A program made the position numbers and the translations under genes. Of a stretch of DNA of 64,000 nt, positions 12,361 through 21,982 are shown in pieces. The stretch lies in NCBI GenBank assembly GCA_046293175.1, contig JBKBPM010000001.1:171446-235445 (forward strand), written 5' to 3'. The number at the start of each line of letters is the position of its first letter. The first letter of the stretch is position 1. This stretch comes from Minisyncoccia bacterium (GTDB lineage: Bacteria; Patescibacteriota; Minisyncoccia; Phycocordibacterales; UBA918). The notes beneath the pieces are model-generated. The model was given only the letters and a program-made list of their open reading frames with translations. It searched no databases and was not told where the DNA came from.

Positions 12361-12396
12361 AAAGGACGGCGCATATTGGCGCCGTCCTTTTCTTTT
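12361..12396. terminator. hairpin terminator between mutM and the upstream minus-strand gene
   Basis: GGACGGCGC-ATATTG-GCGCCGTCC forms a 9-bp stem. The minus-strand reading is followed by TTTTCTTTT. Confidence 0.5.
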
Positions 12397-12409
12397 TAAC
12401 CTCTAAAGA

Positions 12410-12976
12410 TTAGAGGTTGATACTGTCACTGCCTGACTTCTCGAGACCTTCTTCCTTTGGAGTGGTCATTTTACAAGAATCCTTGGCAGTCTTCTTGAAA
12501 GCGTCCCAGGCTCCTTTACGGTCGGTTCGTAGTTTGGTGTGGGCAGCTTGTTTGTCCTTCTTCCAATCAGTCCACGCCTTCTTCACGGCTTCGCGGTTAC
12601 CATCAGCACTAGCACCCCAGGCTGAAGCCAAGGCTGCAGCACGCTTATCAAGAGCGGTGGTGATACTACTAGTGAAGGTGGTCCAGGCGGTCTTAATAGC
12701 CGATTCACGGGTTGCTACTGCGGCTGCCATACAAGTACGATCAATGGTAGTGGAAGCACGTCGATCATCACGACGGGGTGAAGTCTTTGATGTTGTACTA
12801 GAAGCATTAGATCCTCGTCGTTCACTCTTGAGTTGTTCAAATTGGCTCATGAGCGTTTGGTACTGGGTCTCTAGGTCAGCAACAGTTGGTGTCGCTGCAA
12901 AAGACATTGCTGGCACCAAGAGGGCGAGCATGAGTGTGCCAATAACAACAGTTTTTAATGAAATAGTAGTTGTCAT
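12410..12976 (-). CDS. secreted hypothetical protein (signal peptide; Ala/Trp/Lys-rich repeats)
   Basis: The N-terminus ...LMLALLVPAMSFAA looks like a signal peptide. AW..DKxxAL-type segments recur internally. No family was recognised. Confidence 0.45.
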   Translation of the reverse strand: MTTTISLKTVVIGTLMLALLVPAMSFAATPTVADLETQYQTLMSQFEQLKSERRGSNASSTTSKTSPRRDDRRASTTIDRTCMAAAVATRESAIKTAWTTFTSSITTALDKRAAALASAWGASADGNREAVKKAWTDWKKDKQAAHTKLRTDRKGAWDAFKKTAKDSCKMTTPKEEGLEKSGSDSINL

Positions 12977-13058
12977 ATATATAATTATTTATTCAATAAC
13001 GATAACCTCTATAGTATAGCAAAACACCCTCGCTCATGGAAGGTGTTTTGGGTATTGG

Positions 13059-13478
13059 TTAACTTCCAGCGGGGAGGCTCTGACAAGCTACTCCGTCACC
13101 ATCTCGGTCCAGACCATGACGGTCTGGCATTTCGGCAGTTTTACAGGTGTCATAGACTTCCTGGGCTTCTGGCTGGGTTTTGAAGTTACTGCAGTTGTAG
13201 ACGTTTTCCTCACACGTAGCACCGTAGAGGGCTTTGCCGTTTTCGTCGCGCTGTATCATGGATTCTGAGAGTGATCCGGTTTCGACGAGCTTCCCGAGGT
13301 CAACATCGGTGTTGGCGGCTTCAAGACCCAGGGCAATGAGAAGGATAGCTCCGATACCAAGCATCCACATTCGCGTCTTTTCAAAGAAGAAGGCGATAAC
13401 CCCAACGAGGATGAGGAGACCAATAATGATAATGAGGCGAGACTTTTTGTTTTGTCGCCAGTCTGCAACGTCTTTCAT
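13059..13478 (-). CDS. membrane-anchored protein with a C-terminal Excalibur calcium-binding domain
   Basis: Two N-terminal TM helices are followed by a C-terminal [10 protein letters not shown], matching the DxDxDGxxCE Excalibur motif. Confidence 0.55.
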   Translation of the reverse strand: MKDVADWRQNKKSRLIIIIGLLILVGVIAFFFEKTRMWMLGIGAILLIALGLEAANTDVDLGKLVETGSLSESMIQRDENGKALYGATCEENVYNCSNFKTQPEAQEVYDTCKTAEMPDRHGLDRDGDGVACQSLPAGS

Positions 13479-13545
13479 AAATATTGTTTAACTTTCAATA
13501 GCAGTAGTATACGCCTGACAGAGTCGATTGGTCTAGTCATAAAAA

Positions 13546-13571
13546 CCGGCATGACTTACATGTCATGCCGG
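13546..13571 (-). terminator. Rho-independent terminator for the minus-strand gene 13579..14113
   Basis: CCGGCATGAC-TTACA-TGTCATGCCGG forms a 10-11 bp stem. On the minus strand it is followed by TTTTTAT. Confidence 0.55.
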
Positions 13572-13578
13572 TAGGGGC

Positions 13579-14113
13579 TTAGAGCGATTGTGTAATCGCA
13601 CCAAGCTGGAGCGACAGCTCCCGAGCCCGACGTTGGTTGCCAGCCGCTTTGATGAAGGCCGCAAGGACCAAGGACAGACTGTCCTCGAGTTCACTAAGGG
13701 CGCTAAGCTTTCGCGCCTCACTCGGGCACCGCCCGAGGCGTGTTTCGAGCCCAGGAGGCATCTTCCAGGTGAAAGTGCCAATGTCCGACGCCGATACGGC
13801 TAGTACCGGCTTCTGAAACGGCACCTCCAGATCAACTTCGGTCGACGTCGGTACCCGGTGGGGAAGACGACCGACCGAACGCAGTCTCGGTGCCAGTCCA
13901 TCTGGCTGCCACCAAGGGGCTTTGCAGTTGAGATGGGTATGGACATTCGAACGATAACCGTCACCTTTGATCGGACTGTGACGAACGACGTCACGTACAT
14001 AGATGGTGCCAGAGGGGATAGTGCCACCGCAGAGGGCGCAAACGTAGTGCTGGCGCGCCCGCATGGTACGACCACTCCAGCTTTCGATGAGGTAGGTGGT
14101 GGTTTTCGTGGAC
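13579..14113 (-). CDS. hypothetical protein with a CxxC...HxxxC zinc-ribbon-like motif; GC-rich gene of atypical composition
   Basis: The ORF track gives 13579..14283. The likelier start is the internal ATG (MSTKTTTYLIESW...). It contains HYVCALCGG...HTHLNC. The segment is visibly more GC-rich than its flanks. Confidence 0.4.
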
Positions 14114-14223
14114 ATTAGGATGCTCCTCGTTGATGAAAAGAACGGTACTGACGCTATTGTGGATGATATAGGCAAAGTTGTAAAAATGTCGACGAATTTC
14201 GACAAATATGCTAAAATAAGACC

Positions 14224-14952
14224 ATGAAAACAGATACCATTAGTGCTGCACTCCGTCGGCTTGATATGAGTGATGGCGAGCAAGCGATTTATCTATCATT
14301 ACTCCGCGAGGGTCGTGCGACCGCCAGACTGCTCGCCGACCGCACTGGTCTGACGAGACCTTCGGTGTATGACCAGCTGAAGAAGCTCATCGCTACCAAT
14401 CTCGTGGTGGAACTTGATGTCGATGGTAAGGCCTACTTTGTCGCCGGCGATATCAAACATCTCGATGCGCTCCTTGGCGACCGGATTGACCGCCTCGAAC
14501 AGAGTCGCCAGTTTCTCCTTGAGGCCTTGCCCGATATCGAAGCCGGACTGGATACGGTGACACCAAAGATACGCTTTTTTGAAGGTGAAGATGGCATGAA
14601 GCAACTCATGAAAGATATTATGTGGCACGATGGCGCCACCGTCGAAGCCGTCTGGAACGATACGGAGATCAAAAAGATTTATGACCGTGCTTTCTTGCGC
14701 TGGTGGAACGAACGTCGTGCTGCTCGCAAGATTAAAATTACGTGGCTTTGCCCAAAGGGTACAAAAAAGTCAGACGTCTTTGATTTCTACAATGCAGCAC
14801 TAGATAGTATTGAAGTAGCAACATGGGCTAAACAGCCGGCCATGACAAGACTCGCCTACGCAAATAAAGTGGCGTGTATCAGTTCCCAAAAAGAAGCCTT
14901 TGGATTTATAGTCGAAAGTGCAGAGTTCAAAAAACTCCAGTCGGTGTTCTAG
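14224..14952 (+). CDS. TrmB-family winged-helix transcriptional regulator
   Basis: The N-terminal region ...EQAIYLSLLREGRATARLLADRTGLTRPSVYDQLKKLIATNLV matches the TrmB HTH pattern. Confidence 0.55.
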   Translation: MKTDTISAALRRLDMSDGEQAIYLSLLREGRATARLLADRTGLTRPSVYDQLKKLIATNLVVELDVDGKAYFVAGDIKHLDALLGDRIDRLEQSRQFLLEALPDIEAGLDTVTPKIRFFEGEDGMKQLMKDIMWHDGATVEAVWNDTEIKKIYDRAFLRWWNERRAARKIKITWLCPKGTKKSDVFDFYNAALDSIEVATWAKQPAMTRLAYANKVACISSQKEAFGFIVESAEFKKLQSVF

Positions 14953-15500
14953 TGGTGCTTTCGTAAGAGTGCGAGATAGAGGGTGATAAGAAAGGCGAAC
15001 GATACCGCTGAGATAAATGGAAAGGTGACAAAGCCGAACATATCGATGACCTTATCCGCGCAGCTAGCACTACCATCAACGAGGCAAGGCATAATGCCGT
15101 CACGAGTTTCAGCTGGCAACATCTGGTAGATGTACTGATAGGTGGCCACTGTCATGCCGGCAATTGATAGCGCCATACCGTAGAGCGGGAAGTGGACTGT
15201 GTCTCCTCGGCGATAGGCCATGATAGCCAAAAGTGCCTGCGGGTAAAGCGCAATCCGCTGGAGCCAGCAGAGTGAGCATGGCACAAAGAGGAATATCTCA
15301 GAGTAAAGGAGTGACAACACTACGCCACCCACCGACATTCCAATAATCAGGAGCCAGAGCCAATTAGCCTTCACCGCAGCGAGCCACGTCAGACGAAACC
15401 GGAGGGTATAGAGGAGTAGGAGGGTCGCGGCGAGTAGTCCGAGACTTCCAAGCGCTACAACAAGATTGATAACCGGTAATAAAGGTAATAGATTAAGCAT
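14949..15500 (-). CDS. dsbB: disulfide bond formation protein B (DsbB/BdbC-like)
   Basis: The polytopic membrane protein carries CSLCWLQR (CxxC) in loop 1 and a second Cys pair CLVDGSASC. The start was moved to the internal ATG (MLNLLPLL...) within ORF 14949..15659. Confidence 0.65.
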   Translation of the reverse strand: MLNLLPLLPVINLVVALGSLGLLAATLLLLYTLRFRLTWLAAVKANWLWLLIIGMSVGGVVLSLLYSEIFLFVPCSLCWLQRIALYPQALLAIMAYRRGDTVHFPLYGMALSIAGMTVATYQYIYQMLPAETRDGIMPCLVDGSASCADKVIDMFGFVTFPFISAVSFAFLITLYLALLRKHH

Positions 15501-15561
15501 ATGTGGGTAGTATATCATTTCTAGTAATAGTTCGAGTCCCTGCCCGGTAATAAAATAAGTT

Positions 15562-15570
15562 TGGTATACT
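15562..15570 (+). promoter_or_regulatory. extended -10 element TGgTATACT, 6 nt upstream of the msrA ATG (leaderless candidate)
   Basis: TGGTATACT at 15562-15570 is followed by GTCCCT and then the ATG at 15577. No SD is present. Confidence 0.4.
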
Positions 15571-15576
15571 GTCCCT

Positions 15577-16068
15577 ATGCAAAAAACAGCACTACTAGCC
15601 GGCGGATGTTTCTGGGGACTCGAAGACCTTATCCGTACCCTCCCCGGCGTACTCGACACCGAAGTTGGGTATACCGGAGGGAAGAACGAAAATCCAACGT
15701 ACGAGTTTCATCCCGGACATGCGGAGGCGGTATTGATTACCTACGATGACGATATACTTTCGTACCGACAAGTACTCGATTTCTTTTTTCAGATTCATAA
15801 CCCCACGACCCTCAATCAGCAGGGGAATGACAAAGGGACATCATACCGGTCGGCGATATTTTATGCTGATGAGACCGAACTGGCGGACGCTAAGTTCATG
15901 ATTGATGTCGTAAACGAATCAGGACGCTGGCCTGATCCGGTGGTAACTACCCTTGAACCACGTGGTGTCTTTTGGCCGGCGGAGGACTACCACCAGGACT
16001 ATCTCGAAAAGAACCCCGGTGGCTATACCTGCCACGCTATCTATTTTGAGAGTTATCTTTCGACATAA
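15577..16068 (+). CDS. msrA: peptide methionine sulfoxide reductase MsrA
   Basis: The GGCFWG active-site motif is present and the protein is MsrA-like throughout. Confidence 0.9.
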   Translation: MQKTALLAGGCFWGLEDLIRTLPGVLDTEVGYTGGKNENPTYEFHPGHAEAVLITYDDDILSYRQVLDFFFQIHNPTTLNQQGNDKGTSYRSAIFYADETELADAKFMIDVVNESGRWPDPVVTTLEPRGVFWPAEDYHQDYLEKNPGGYTCHAIYFESYLST

Positions 16069-16133
16069 ATACTGAACTAAAATACACAAAGCACTCCAAT
16101 TGGATTGGGGCGCCTTGTGTATTGCTGGTAGGT

Positions 16134-16676
16134 TTACTTGGTTGTCCAGTACGTGTGCTCCCTAAGAAGGACACTAATCTGCTTGAACAGATCCATGATG
16201 GTAGTCATAATCTGGTTCTTACGGTCGGTGGCACTAAATTCGACCACCTCACCTTCAACTTTTTTGTCAGCGATTTTCTTCACCACGTCTTTCGCAAGAT
16301 CACTCTTCAGGTCTAGTGTCTGACTCACCCAGTACTGACCTACGTTATTACGAGTGACAACATACATAGCAGATTTACCATTACCAACCGGTCCACTGTT
16401 ACAGAGATAGCCCCAGGTCTCATCTTTTTGGTGGTAGAGGAAAGCCTCCTTCTCGACGTAGCCCTGGAGTGCATCAGTGACGGTTACTACCTCAGCTGTG
16501 TAGTCTTTTTCGGTGATAGTCTTTTGTACGGTCGCAGTAATGATCATCAAATCATCTGAACCGATAGTCGTATCGAGGTACTGTCCGGTTTCAACACATG
16601 AGAGAGCATGTGATGGTGTCGGGAGTGCGCCGATCAATACTACGAAGAGCGGGATTAAAAATAAAGATGATTTCAT
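16134..16676 (-). CDS. secreted hypothetical protein
   Basis: A signal peptide MKSSLFLIPLFVVLIGALPTPSHA is present. No family was recognised. Confidence 0.4.
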   Translation of the reverse strand: MKSSLFLIPLFVVLIGALPTPSHALSCVETGQYLDTTIGSDDLMIITATVQKTITEKDYTAEVVTVTDALQGYVEKEAFLYHQKDETWGYLCNSGPVGNGKSAMYVVTRNNVGQYWVSQTLDLKSDLAKDVVKKIADKKVEGEVVEFSATDRKNQIMTTIMDLFKQISVLLREHTYWTTK

Positions 16677-16753
16677 ATAAATAGATTTGATTCGCGATTT
16701 GGTAAAGCAGACGCGAGTTACCGTCTACGTAGTATCATACGATGTGTTTTGAT

Positions 16754-16797
16754 ATAGGTAACAAAATCCAGTAAGGATTTTGTTGCGTAGACCTATA
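16754..16797. promoter_or_regulatory. long imperfect inverted repeat in a divergent promoter region
   Basis: TATAGGTAACAAAATCC-AGTAA-GGATTTTGTTGCGTAGACCTATA lies just upstream of the strong SD AGGAAAGGAGG of the gene starting at 16834. Confidence 0.3.
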
Positions 16798-16833
16798 TAC
16801 TGATACATAATAACGACAGGAAAGGAGGCCTAC

Positions 16834-17130
16834 ATGCGGTTACTTGCTACGGTCTTGTTCGCCAGTTCGATAGTGTCAGTGTCCGCTGAGACACTTATCG
16901 CTCCGCTTGGTGGTAAGTTTGTATCTTCTGGCGGTTACTATGTCTCATCTATGAAAGGTGAACGGTTCTTTGAAGAACACTACGTTGAGGAATCAGACCA
17001 GACGTACTTTTGGTATCTGATTTACCGTTATGAAGACGGCGTGATGCGTCTTTTGAAGGTGACTCGTCGGGTGAAGGGTTCTGAAGTGGGCGAGGTTCTC
17101 TTTGTGGTGCCGGGATATGAAGCACTTTAA
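16834..17130 (+). CDS. small secreted hypothetical protein
   Basis: A signal-peptide-like N-terminus is preceded by a strong SD (AGGAAAGGAGG). No family was recognised. Confidence 0.35.
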   Translation: MRLLATVLFASSIVSVSAETLIAPLGGKFVSSGGYYVSSMKGERFFEEHYVEESDQTYFWYLIYRYEDGVMRLLKVTRRVKGSEVGEVLFVVPGYEAL

Positions 17131-17172
17131 GAGAGGGGCTGACGTTTGCAAACGTTGGCCCTTTCTTAATAA

Positions 17173-18063
17173 TTAATCTTGTACCGTGATTGTCATGCCA
17201 ACCTCCGCCCACTCATAGAGTTCGCGGGCTTCACTCGGCTTTACATTCACACAGCCATTACTGTAAGGGCTACCAAAACCATTGTGCCAGTACGCACCGT
17301 GCACTACCGCCCCTTGTTCGGTGAAGTAGAGATTCCACGGGACGCCAGGGAGGTCGTAGTAATTGGTTGAGATACCGGGAATTGGTCCTTGCATGTAGCG
17401 AGACGGAGTTTTGCGAAAAATAGTGAAGGTACCACGCGGGGTGGGGGTGACGGTGCGACCGGTTGATACCCTATAAGTACGGACAAGCTCGTTACCGAGA
17501 TAGGCGTAGAGCACCTGGTCGCTACGGTCGACAAGGAGGCGTTTTGTCGTGGTCGGTGTTTCTGCTGTAAGATCATGGGGACCGTCGGTCTTCACCAGTG
17601 TTCCAGCTCCTTCGGGTATGTACCACGGGAGGGTGAGACGCTCTGGGTAGCGGAGGGTTTCCGGAAAGTCTATTTGGTACCAGCGGGTGCCATCGGCGGC
17701 GGTGACGGTATCTTTGACATACAGGACGGCACCAATACGGAGTTTAGTTCGTTCGGTACTACTCGCGGAAGGGGACGCGTAGGCTCGCACACAGCTTTCC
17801 CCTAGACTGATACTACAACCCGTGGTTATTTCAACGTAGGTGAGTGGTTTTGCTGGTTGATCTTGAAGTGGACCAGTTGGCACTGTTACTCGTGGGAGAC
17901 TTAGTCTCGTGCTCGTAGCTTTAGCTGTAGTAGCAACCACTGTCTCTGGTAGTGGGGTGAGGTGATAGTCGGTCTTAATTTGGCCGTGGAGGATTTGCCA
18001 GAGAAAAAACACACTTATAAGGAGTAGTGGGAATCCCAACAGTGCCAAAGCTGGCCGATTCAT
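17173..18063 (-). CDS. L,D-transpeptidase (YkuD domain) with an N-terminal TM anchor
   Basis: The C-terminal catalytic region reads ...HGAYWHNGFGSPYSNGCVNV, matching the YkuD His/Cys catalytic motif. Confidence 0.8.
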   Translation of the reverse strand: MNRPALALLGFPLLLISVFFLWQILHGQIKTDYHLTPLPETVVATTAKATSTRLSLPRVTVPTGPLQDQPAKPLTYVEITTGCSISLGESCVRAYASPSASSTERTKLRIGAVLYVKDTVTAADGTRWYQIDFPETLRYPERLTLPWYIPEGAGTLVKTDGPHDLTAETPTTTKRLLVDRSDQVLYAYLGNELVRTYRVSTGRTVTPTPRGTFTIFRKTPSRYMQGPIPGISTNYYDLPGVPWNLYFTEQGAVVHGAYWHNGFGSPYSNGCVNVKPSEARELYEWAEVGMTITVQD

Positions 18064-18138
18064 GGTTTAAGCATACGGCTTTTTCAAGCGAGTAGCAAAT
18101 CATTGCAGGTGCGTTAGCTTTGTGATAGAAAAGCACCT

Positions 18139-18627
18139 ATGGAAGCGATATTACAACTGATTGATCCAGTGACCCTTAATTTTGTAGTCGATTTGATGAT
18201 TGCTGTAGCGCTTGGTTTTTTAATTGGGGCTGAACGGGAACTCCGTAACAAAGATGCGGGGATTAGTACTCACACCTTTGTGATATCGGGAGCGATGCTG
18301 TTTACCTTTATGTCGGCAACGGTTGATCCAGCGTCACAGTCGCGAATTGCCGCCCAGATTGTGACAGGAATTGGCTTTTTAGGAGCCGGACTTATCTTAA
18401 AAGATGGAGCGAGTGTCAAAAATCTTACAACAGCCGCCAGTATTTGGTTTGCTGGTGCCATCGGTATGGCCATTGGTTTTGGCTACCATCAGATAGCGAT
18501 TATCGCTGCGATTGCCTCAGTGCTCATACCCCGTATTCCGCACGTACGACCAAAGCAGGTGTATGTTCGGAGTGTTACTACTCGCGAGGATGATGTTCCT
18601 GTTGGTGGAATACCTACCGACGATTAA
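18139..18627 (+). CDS. MgtC/SapB family membrane protein
   Basis: The GAERE motif (LIGAERELRNK) is present, and the size and TM pattern are typical of MgtC. Confidence 0.7.
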   Translation: MEAILQLIDPVTLNFVVDLMIAVALGFLIGAERELRNKDAGISTHTFVISGAMLFTFMSATVDPASQSRIAAQIVTGIGFLGAGLILKDGASVKNLTTAASIWFAGAIGMAIGFGYHQIAIIAAIASVLIPRIPHVRPKQVYVRSVTTREDDVPVGGIPTDD

Positions 18628-18638
18628 GCACATAGCCG

Positions 18639-18667
18639 ATATTGTGGCAACCGATTTCTGGTATAAT
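18639..18667 (+). promoter_or_regulatory. extended -10 promoter (TGgTATAAT) upstream of the aquaporin gene
   Basis: A weak -35 ATATTG is followed by a 17-nt spacer and TGGTATAAT at 18659-18667. Confidence 0.35.
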
Positions 18668-18709
18668 TAAAGTGTAGGACGTTATTCGTTTAAGTATGAA
18701 GAACGTAGT

Positions 18710-19294
18710 ATGAACAAATATGTTGGTGAAGCGGTTGGTACTGGTGTACTGACCATGGTTGTAGCATTAGCACTAGCTGGTACCTTCGCAGTGCCAGTAG
18801 CAGTTTTAGCGGCCCTCACATTAGGGCTTTTTGTTTACTCGCTGGGGCATCTTTCGGGGACACACATTAATCCAGCCGTCACCATTGGTGCTTGGTCAAT
18901 TGGTAAAGTTTCAACTGATGACGCTATTAAGTATGTGATTGCGCAGTTTATTGGAGCGGGTGCGGCCTTATTACTAGTGAGTTCACTCATTACTGCAGCA
19001 ACGCTATCAGTAAAAGCGGATCTCGCAACTGGTATCGCCGAAATGATTGGTACCGCCATATTCACCTTTGGTATTGCTTCGGTTGTTTATGGTAAAACAC
19101 CAGCCGTGATGTCTGGGATGGTGGTTGGTGGTTCACTATTGCTCGGGATTGCGGTGGCGTCTCTGGCCGGAAGTAACGGTGTTCTGAATCCAGCTGTGGC
19201 ACTTGGTATTGGATCATTTAACGTCATGTATGTAGTAGGACCAGTACTTGGCAGTGTATTAGGGATGCAGATCTACAAGCGATTGGCCGTATAA
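18710..19294 (+). CDS. MIP-family channel (aquaporin/glycerol facilitator-like, compact)
   Basis: Two NPA boxes are present: SGTHINPAVT and NPAVALG. Confidence 0.75.
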   Translation: MNKYVGEAVGTGVLTMVVALALAGTFAVPVAVLAALTLGLFVYSLGHLSGTHINPAVTIGAWSIGKVSTDDAIKYVIAQFIGAGAALLLVSSLITAATLSVKADLATGIAEMIGTAIFTFGIASVVYGKTPAVMSGMVVGGSLLLGIAVASLAGSNGVLNPAVALGIGSFNVMYVVGPVLGSVLGMQIYKRLAV

Positions 19295-19452
19295 CGTATA
19301 ACGTGCCAAAAATCCCTCAGACTTTGTTGCGTTTCGGTCGGAAACGTTCATCGTATTTATAAGAACAGTCCAATGGACACGTTGTCTATTGGGCTGTTCT
19401 TATACTGCTACTAGGAGTTTTCTTGATTCTTCGGTATACTCGAAAGACATTT

Positions 19453-20076
19453 ATGGCTGAAGCAATATTGTCGTTTATTACCGCTAACGGGTATCTGGGC
19501 GTGTTTGTCCTCATGGTGGCCGAAAACTTATTTCCACCGATTCCGTCGGAGGTGATTTTGCCGTTTATCGGGCATTTGGCTGCTACTGGTGAATTATCAC
19601 TTGTCCCAGCGCTAGCGGTCGCGACTTTAGGTGCGTTATTTGGTACTACCTTGTGGTTCTTGGTTGGGTGGATGGTCTCAGTACCAGTTTTAGAGCAATT
19701 CTTCAAACGCTTTGGCGGGTACGTCGCCATTGATGTGAAAGATTTTCGCAAAGCGACTAAGTGGTTTACGAAATACGAACTCCCAGCAGTTTTTTTTGGT
19801 CGTATGGTCCCCGCCGTACGTTCGATCATTTCTATCCCAGCCGGTTGTGTCCAGATGCGACCGAGTGTCTTCCTACTCCTTTCATTCTTGGGGGCACTGA
19901 TTTGGAACACCGTATTAATTGGTCTTGGTTTCGTCTTCCTTGATGATTACGGAGTAGTGGCTGCCTACATGAATCCAATTGCTGACACTATCATCTACCT
20001 CTTCATTGGTATTTATATTCTTCAGGTATGTCGCTTTGTGTGGCGACGGGTACGACATGGTGACCTTATCGACTAA
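19453..20076 (+). CDS. DedA/SNARE-associated (VTT domain) membrane protein
   Basis: The DedA-like pattern ...ENLFPPIPSEVILPFIGHLA...FFGRMVPAVRSIISIPAG is present. The start was taken at the internal ATG within ORF 19423..20076. Confidence 0.65.
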   Translation: MAEAILSFITANGYLGVFVLMVAENLFPPIPSEVILPFIGHLAATGELSLVPALAVATLGALFGTTLWFLVGWMVSVPVLEQFFKRFGGYVAIDVKDFRKATKWFTKYELPAVFFGRMVPAVRSIISIPAGCVQMRPSVFLLLSFLGALIWNTVLIGLGFVFLDDYGVVAAYMNPIADTIIYLFIGIYILQVCRFVWRRVRHGDLID

Positions 20077-21358
20077 AGACCAATACAACACTATCATCAT
20101 CGGCGGCGGCCCGGCTGGCCTTATTGCAGCTATTACTGCAGCACGAGAGGGGGCAAAGGTGCTCTTGCTCGAAAAGAATAATCAGCTCGGTAAAAAACTC
20201 CGTAGCACTGGCGGCGGCCGTTGTAACATCACGAACAATACCGAAAACGTTCGCACTCTTTTGTCTCGCTATGGTGAAGCTGGAAAATTTCTTTTTTCTC
20301 CGTTTGCCCAGTTTGGGGTGAAAGAAACCCGACAGTGGTTCTTGGACATCGGTGTTGAGACCGTAGTTGAGACCGAAGCTCGGGTCTTCCCGGTGAGTCA
20401 AAGTGCCGAAGCGGTAACCGAAGCGCTGATAGTGGAGGCTAAAGCTGTAGGTGTCATCATTAAAACCAAAAGCATTGTTACGGCAATAAAACCACAGAAG
20501 GAGGGTTTTGTGGTGCAATTAGGTGCCAAATATAGGTATGCAGCAGGAATGGTAATCGTGGCAACTGGCGGACTCTCACGCCCGGAGACTGGCTCAACCG
20601 GGGATGCTCTCCTGTGGCTACAGAATCTCGGGCACACTATTGAAACACCCAAAGTCGCTTTGGTGCCAGTGGCAGTTAAGGAAACAAATATCACCAAGCG
20701 ACTTAGTGGCGTCGCTTTAGCGAATGCTGGAATTAGTCTGCGACAAGCCGGTATCGTATTTGAAAAAGCAAAAGGCAAAGTCCTTTTCACGCATGTAGGG
20801 CTCAGTGGCCCCGGTATTTTGAATCTAAGTCAGCGAATTGGTCAGGGGTTAGAAACCGGGTCGGTTGAGATACTTCTTGATCTCACACCCAGTATGGCCA
20901 TCGACGTGCTAGAGGAGACGCTCCTTAGGCGTTTTATTACCTCGCCAAACAAACATGTCCAAAACCAGTGGTTCGATATAATTCCTGGTGCACTCGTTGT
21001 TCCATTATTGGAACAGGCGGCGGTAGACCCTCATACACCAAGCCATAGTGTGACTGTAGCTATGCGGCGAAAGTTAATCGCTGCTGCAAAAAACTTCCTC
21101 CTCACCGCGGCACACCTCTTGGGGAGTGATAAAGCAATAGTGACCTCGGGGGGTGTTGCGCTCACTGAAATTGATTTCAAGACGATGGAATCTCGGCTGG
21201 TGCCGGGGCTCTATATAGTTGGGGATGTACTTAACATCAATCGACCGTCAGGTGGCTACAGCCTCCAGCTCGCTTGGACTACTGGGTATGTCGCGGGTAT
21301 GCAGGCTGCTCATCACGCGAGGGTACAAGAGGGTCGCAATCACTATCGTCAAAAATAA
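20057..21358 (+). CDS. HI0933/YhiN-family FAD-dependent flavoprotein
   Basis: The product carries IIGGGPAGL (GxGxxG) and GKKLRSTGGGRCNITN, and ends in a GDVLNINRPSGGYSLQLAWTTG C-terminal pattern. The start was taken at the internal ATG (MVTLSTKDQ). Confidence 0.75.
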   Translation: MVTLSTKDQYNTIIIGGGPAGLIAAITAAREGAKVLLLEKNNQLGKKLRSTGGGRCNITNNTENVRTLLSRYGEAGKFLFSPFAQFGVKETRQWFLDIGVETVVETEARVFPVSQSAEAVTEALIVEAKAVGVIIKTKSIVTAIKPQKEGFVVQLGAKYRYAAGMVIVATGGLSRPETGSTGDALLWLQNLGHTIETPKVALVPVAVKETNITKRLSGVALANAGISLRQAGIVFEKAKGKVLFTHVGLSGPGILNLSQRIGQGLETGSVEILLDLTPSMAIDVLEETLLRRFITSPNKHVQNQWFDIIPGALVVPLLEQAAVDPHTPSHSVTVAMRRKLIAAAKNFLLTAAHLLGSDKAIVTSGGVALTEIDFKTMESRLVPGLYIVGDVLNINRPSGGYSLQLAWTTGYVAGMQAAHHARVQEGRNHYRQK

Positions 21359-21670
21359 TCCCGCCAGGAATACCGCACCGGCGGCCATGTCTTTGCTTCG
21401 GCCGATATTGTCGTGAGTTTCGGGATGGAGGTGGTCAAGTGCGTATTCAAGCGCGGAGTTTTGGAGTTCAGTTATCAAAATGAGGAAGTAGGCGAGTACT
21501 AAAAATAATAGTTCTGTAGCAGAAATTGGAGTAAGCATGATAATCGCAAAAGCGATGACGCTACCAACTCCATACCACTGCAAGCGAAAGTTTTTGTCGG
21601 TACGCAGGGCATAATGGATACCGCGGAGGGCAAAACCGAGTCGGCGACGCTGTTTTTCCACAAATTGCAT
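21248..21670 (-). CDS. dgkA: diacylglycerol/undecaprenol kinase (DgkA family)
   Basis: The ELQNSALE motif is present in a small three-TM protein. Its 3' end overlaps the convergent gene by about 110 nt. Confidence 0.65.
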   Translation of the reverse strand: MQFVEKQRRRLGFALRGIHYALRTDKNFRLQWYGVGSVIAFAIIMLTPISATELLFLVLAYFLILITELQNSALEYALDHLHPETHDNIGRSKDMAAGAVFLAGLFLTIVIATLLYPRVMSSLHTRDIPSSPSELEAVAT

Positions 21671-21982
21671 ATGGTACTATAGTAGCATATGAAAATCATT
21701 TTAGTGATTCAAAGCCTTATTATTCTCGCTTGTGCGTATTATATTTATACGCTCGCGTATCCCACAAAAGAGGTGGAAGAAGTAGTTGAGGTGGCACCAC
21801 TGCCAACAAGTACACCAGCTCTTGTCGAGGTAGAGGCAACTACTACGTTTGAAACAGAGGCAAATACACCAGTACCAAGTGCTGGGCCTAATGATGCCGG
21901 CATGGAATGGCCAGTTTTTGATGGTGAGCTTGAGGTGAGGTAGTGTTTAATCTATTTTTCTTTCTCATTCTATACGGGACTT

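Noticed and set aside
12417-13019. ORF 12417..13019 (+)
   Set aside because: It lies antisense to the minus-strand secreted-protein gene, which has a signal peptide, a terminator and sensible composition.
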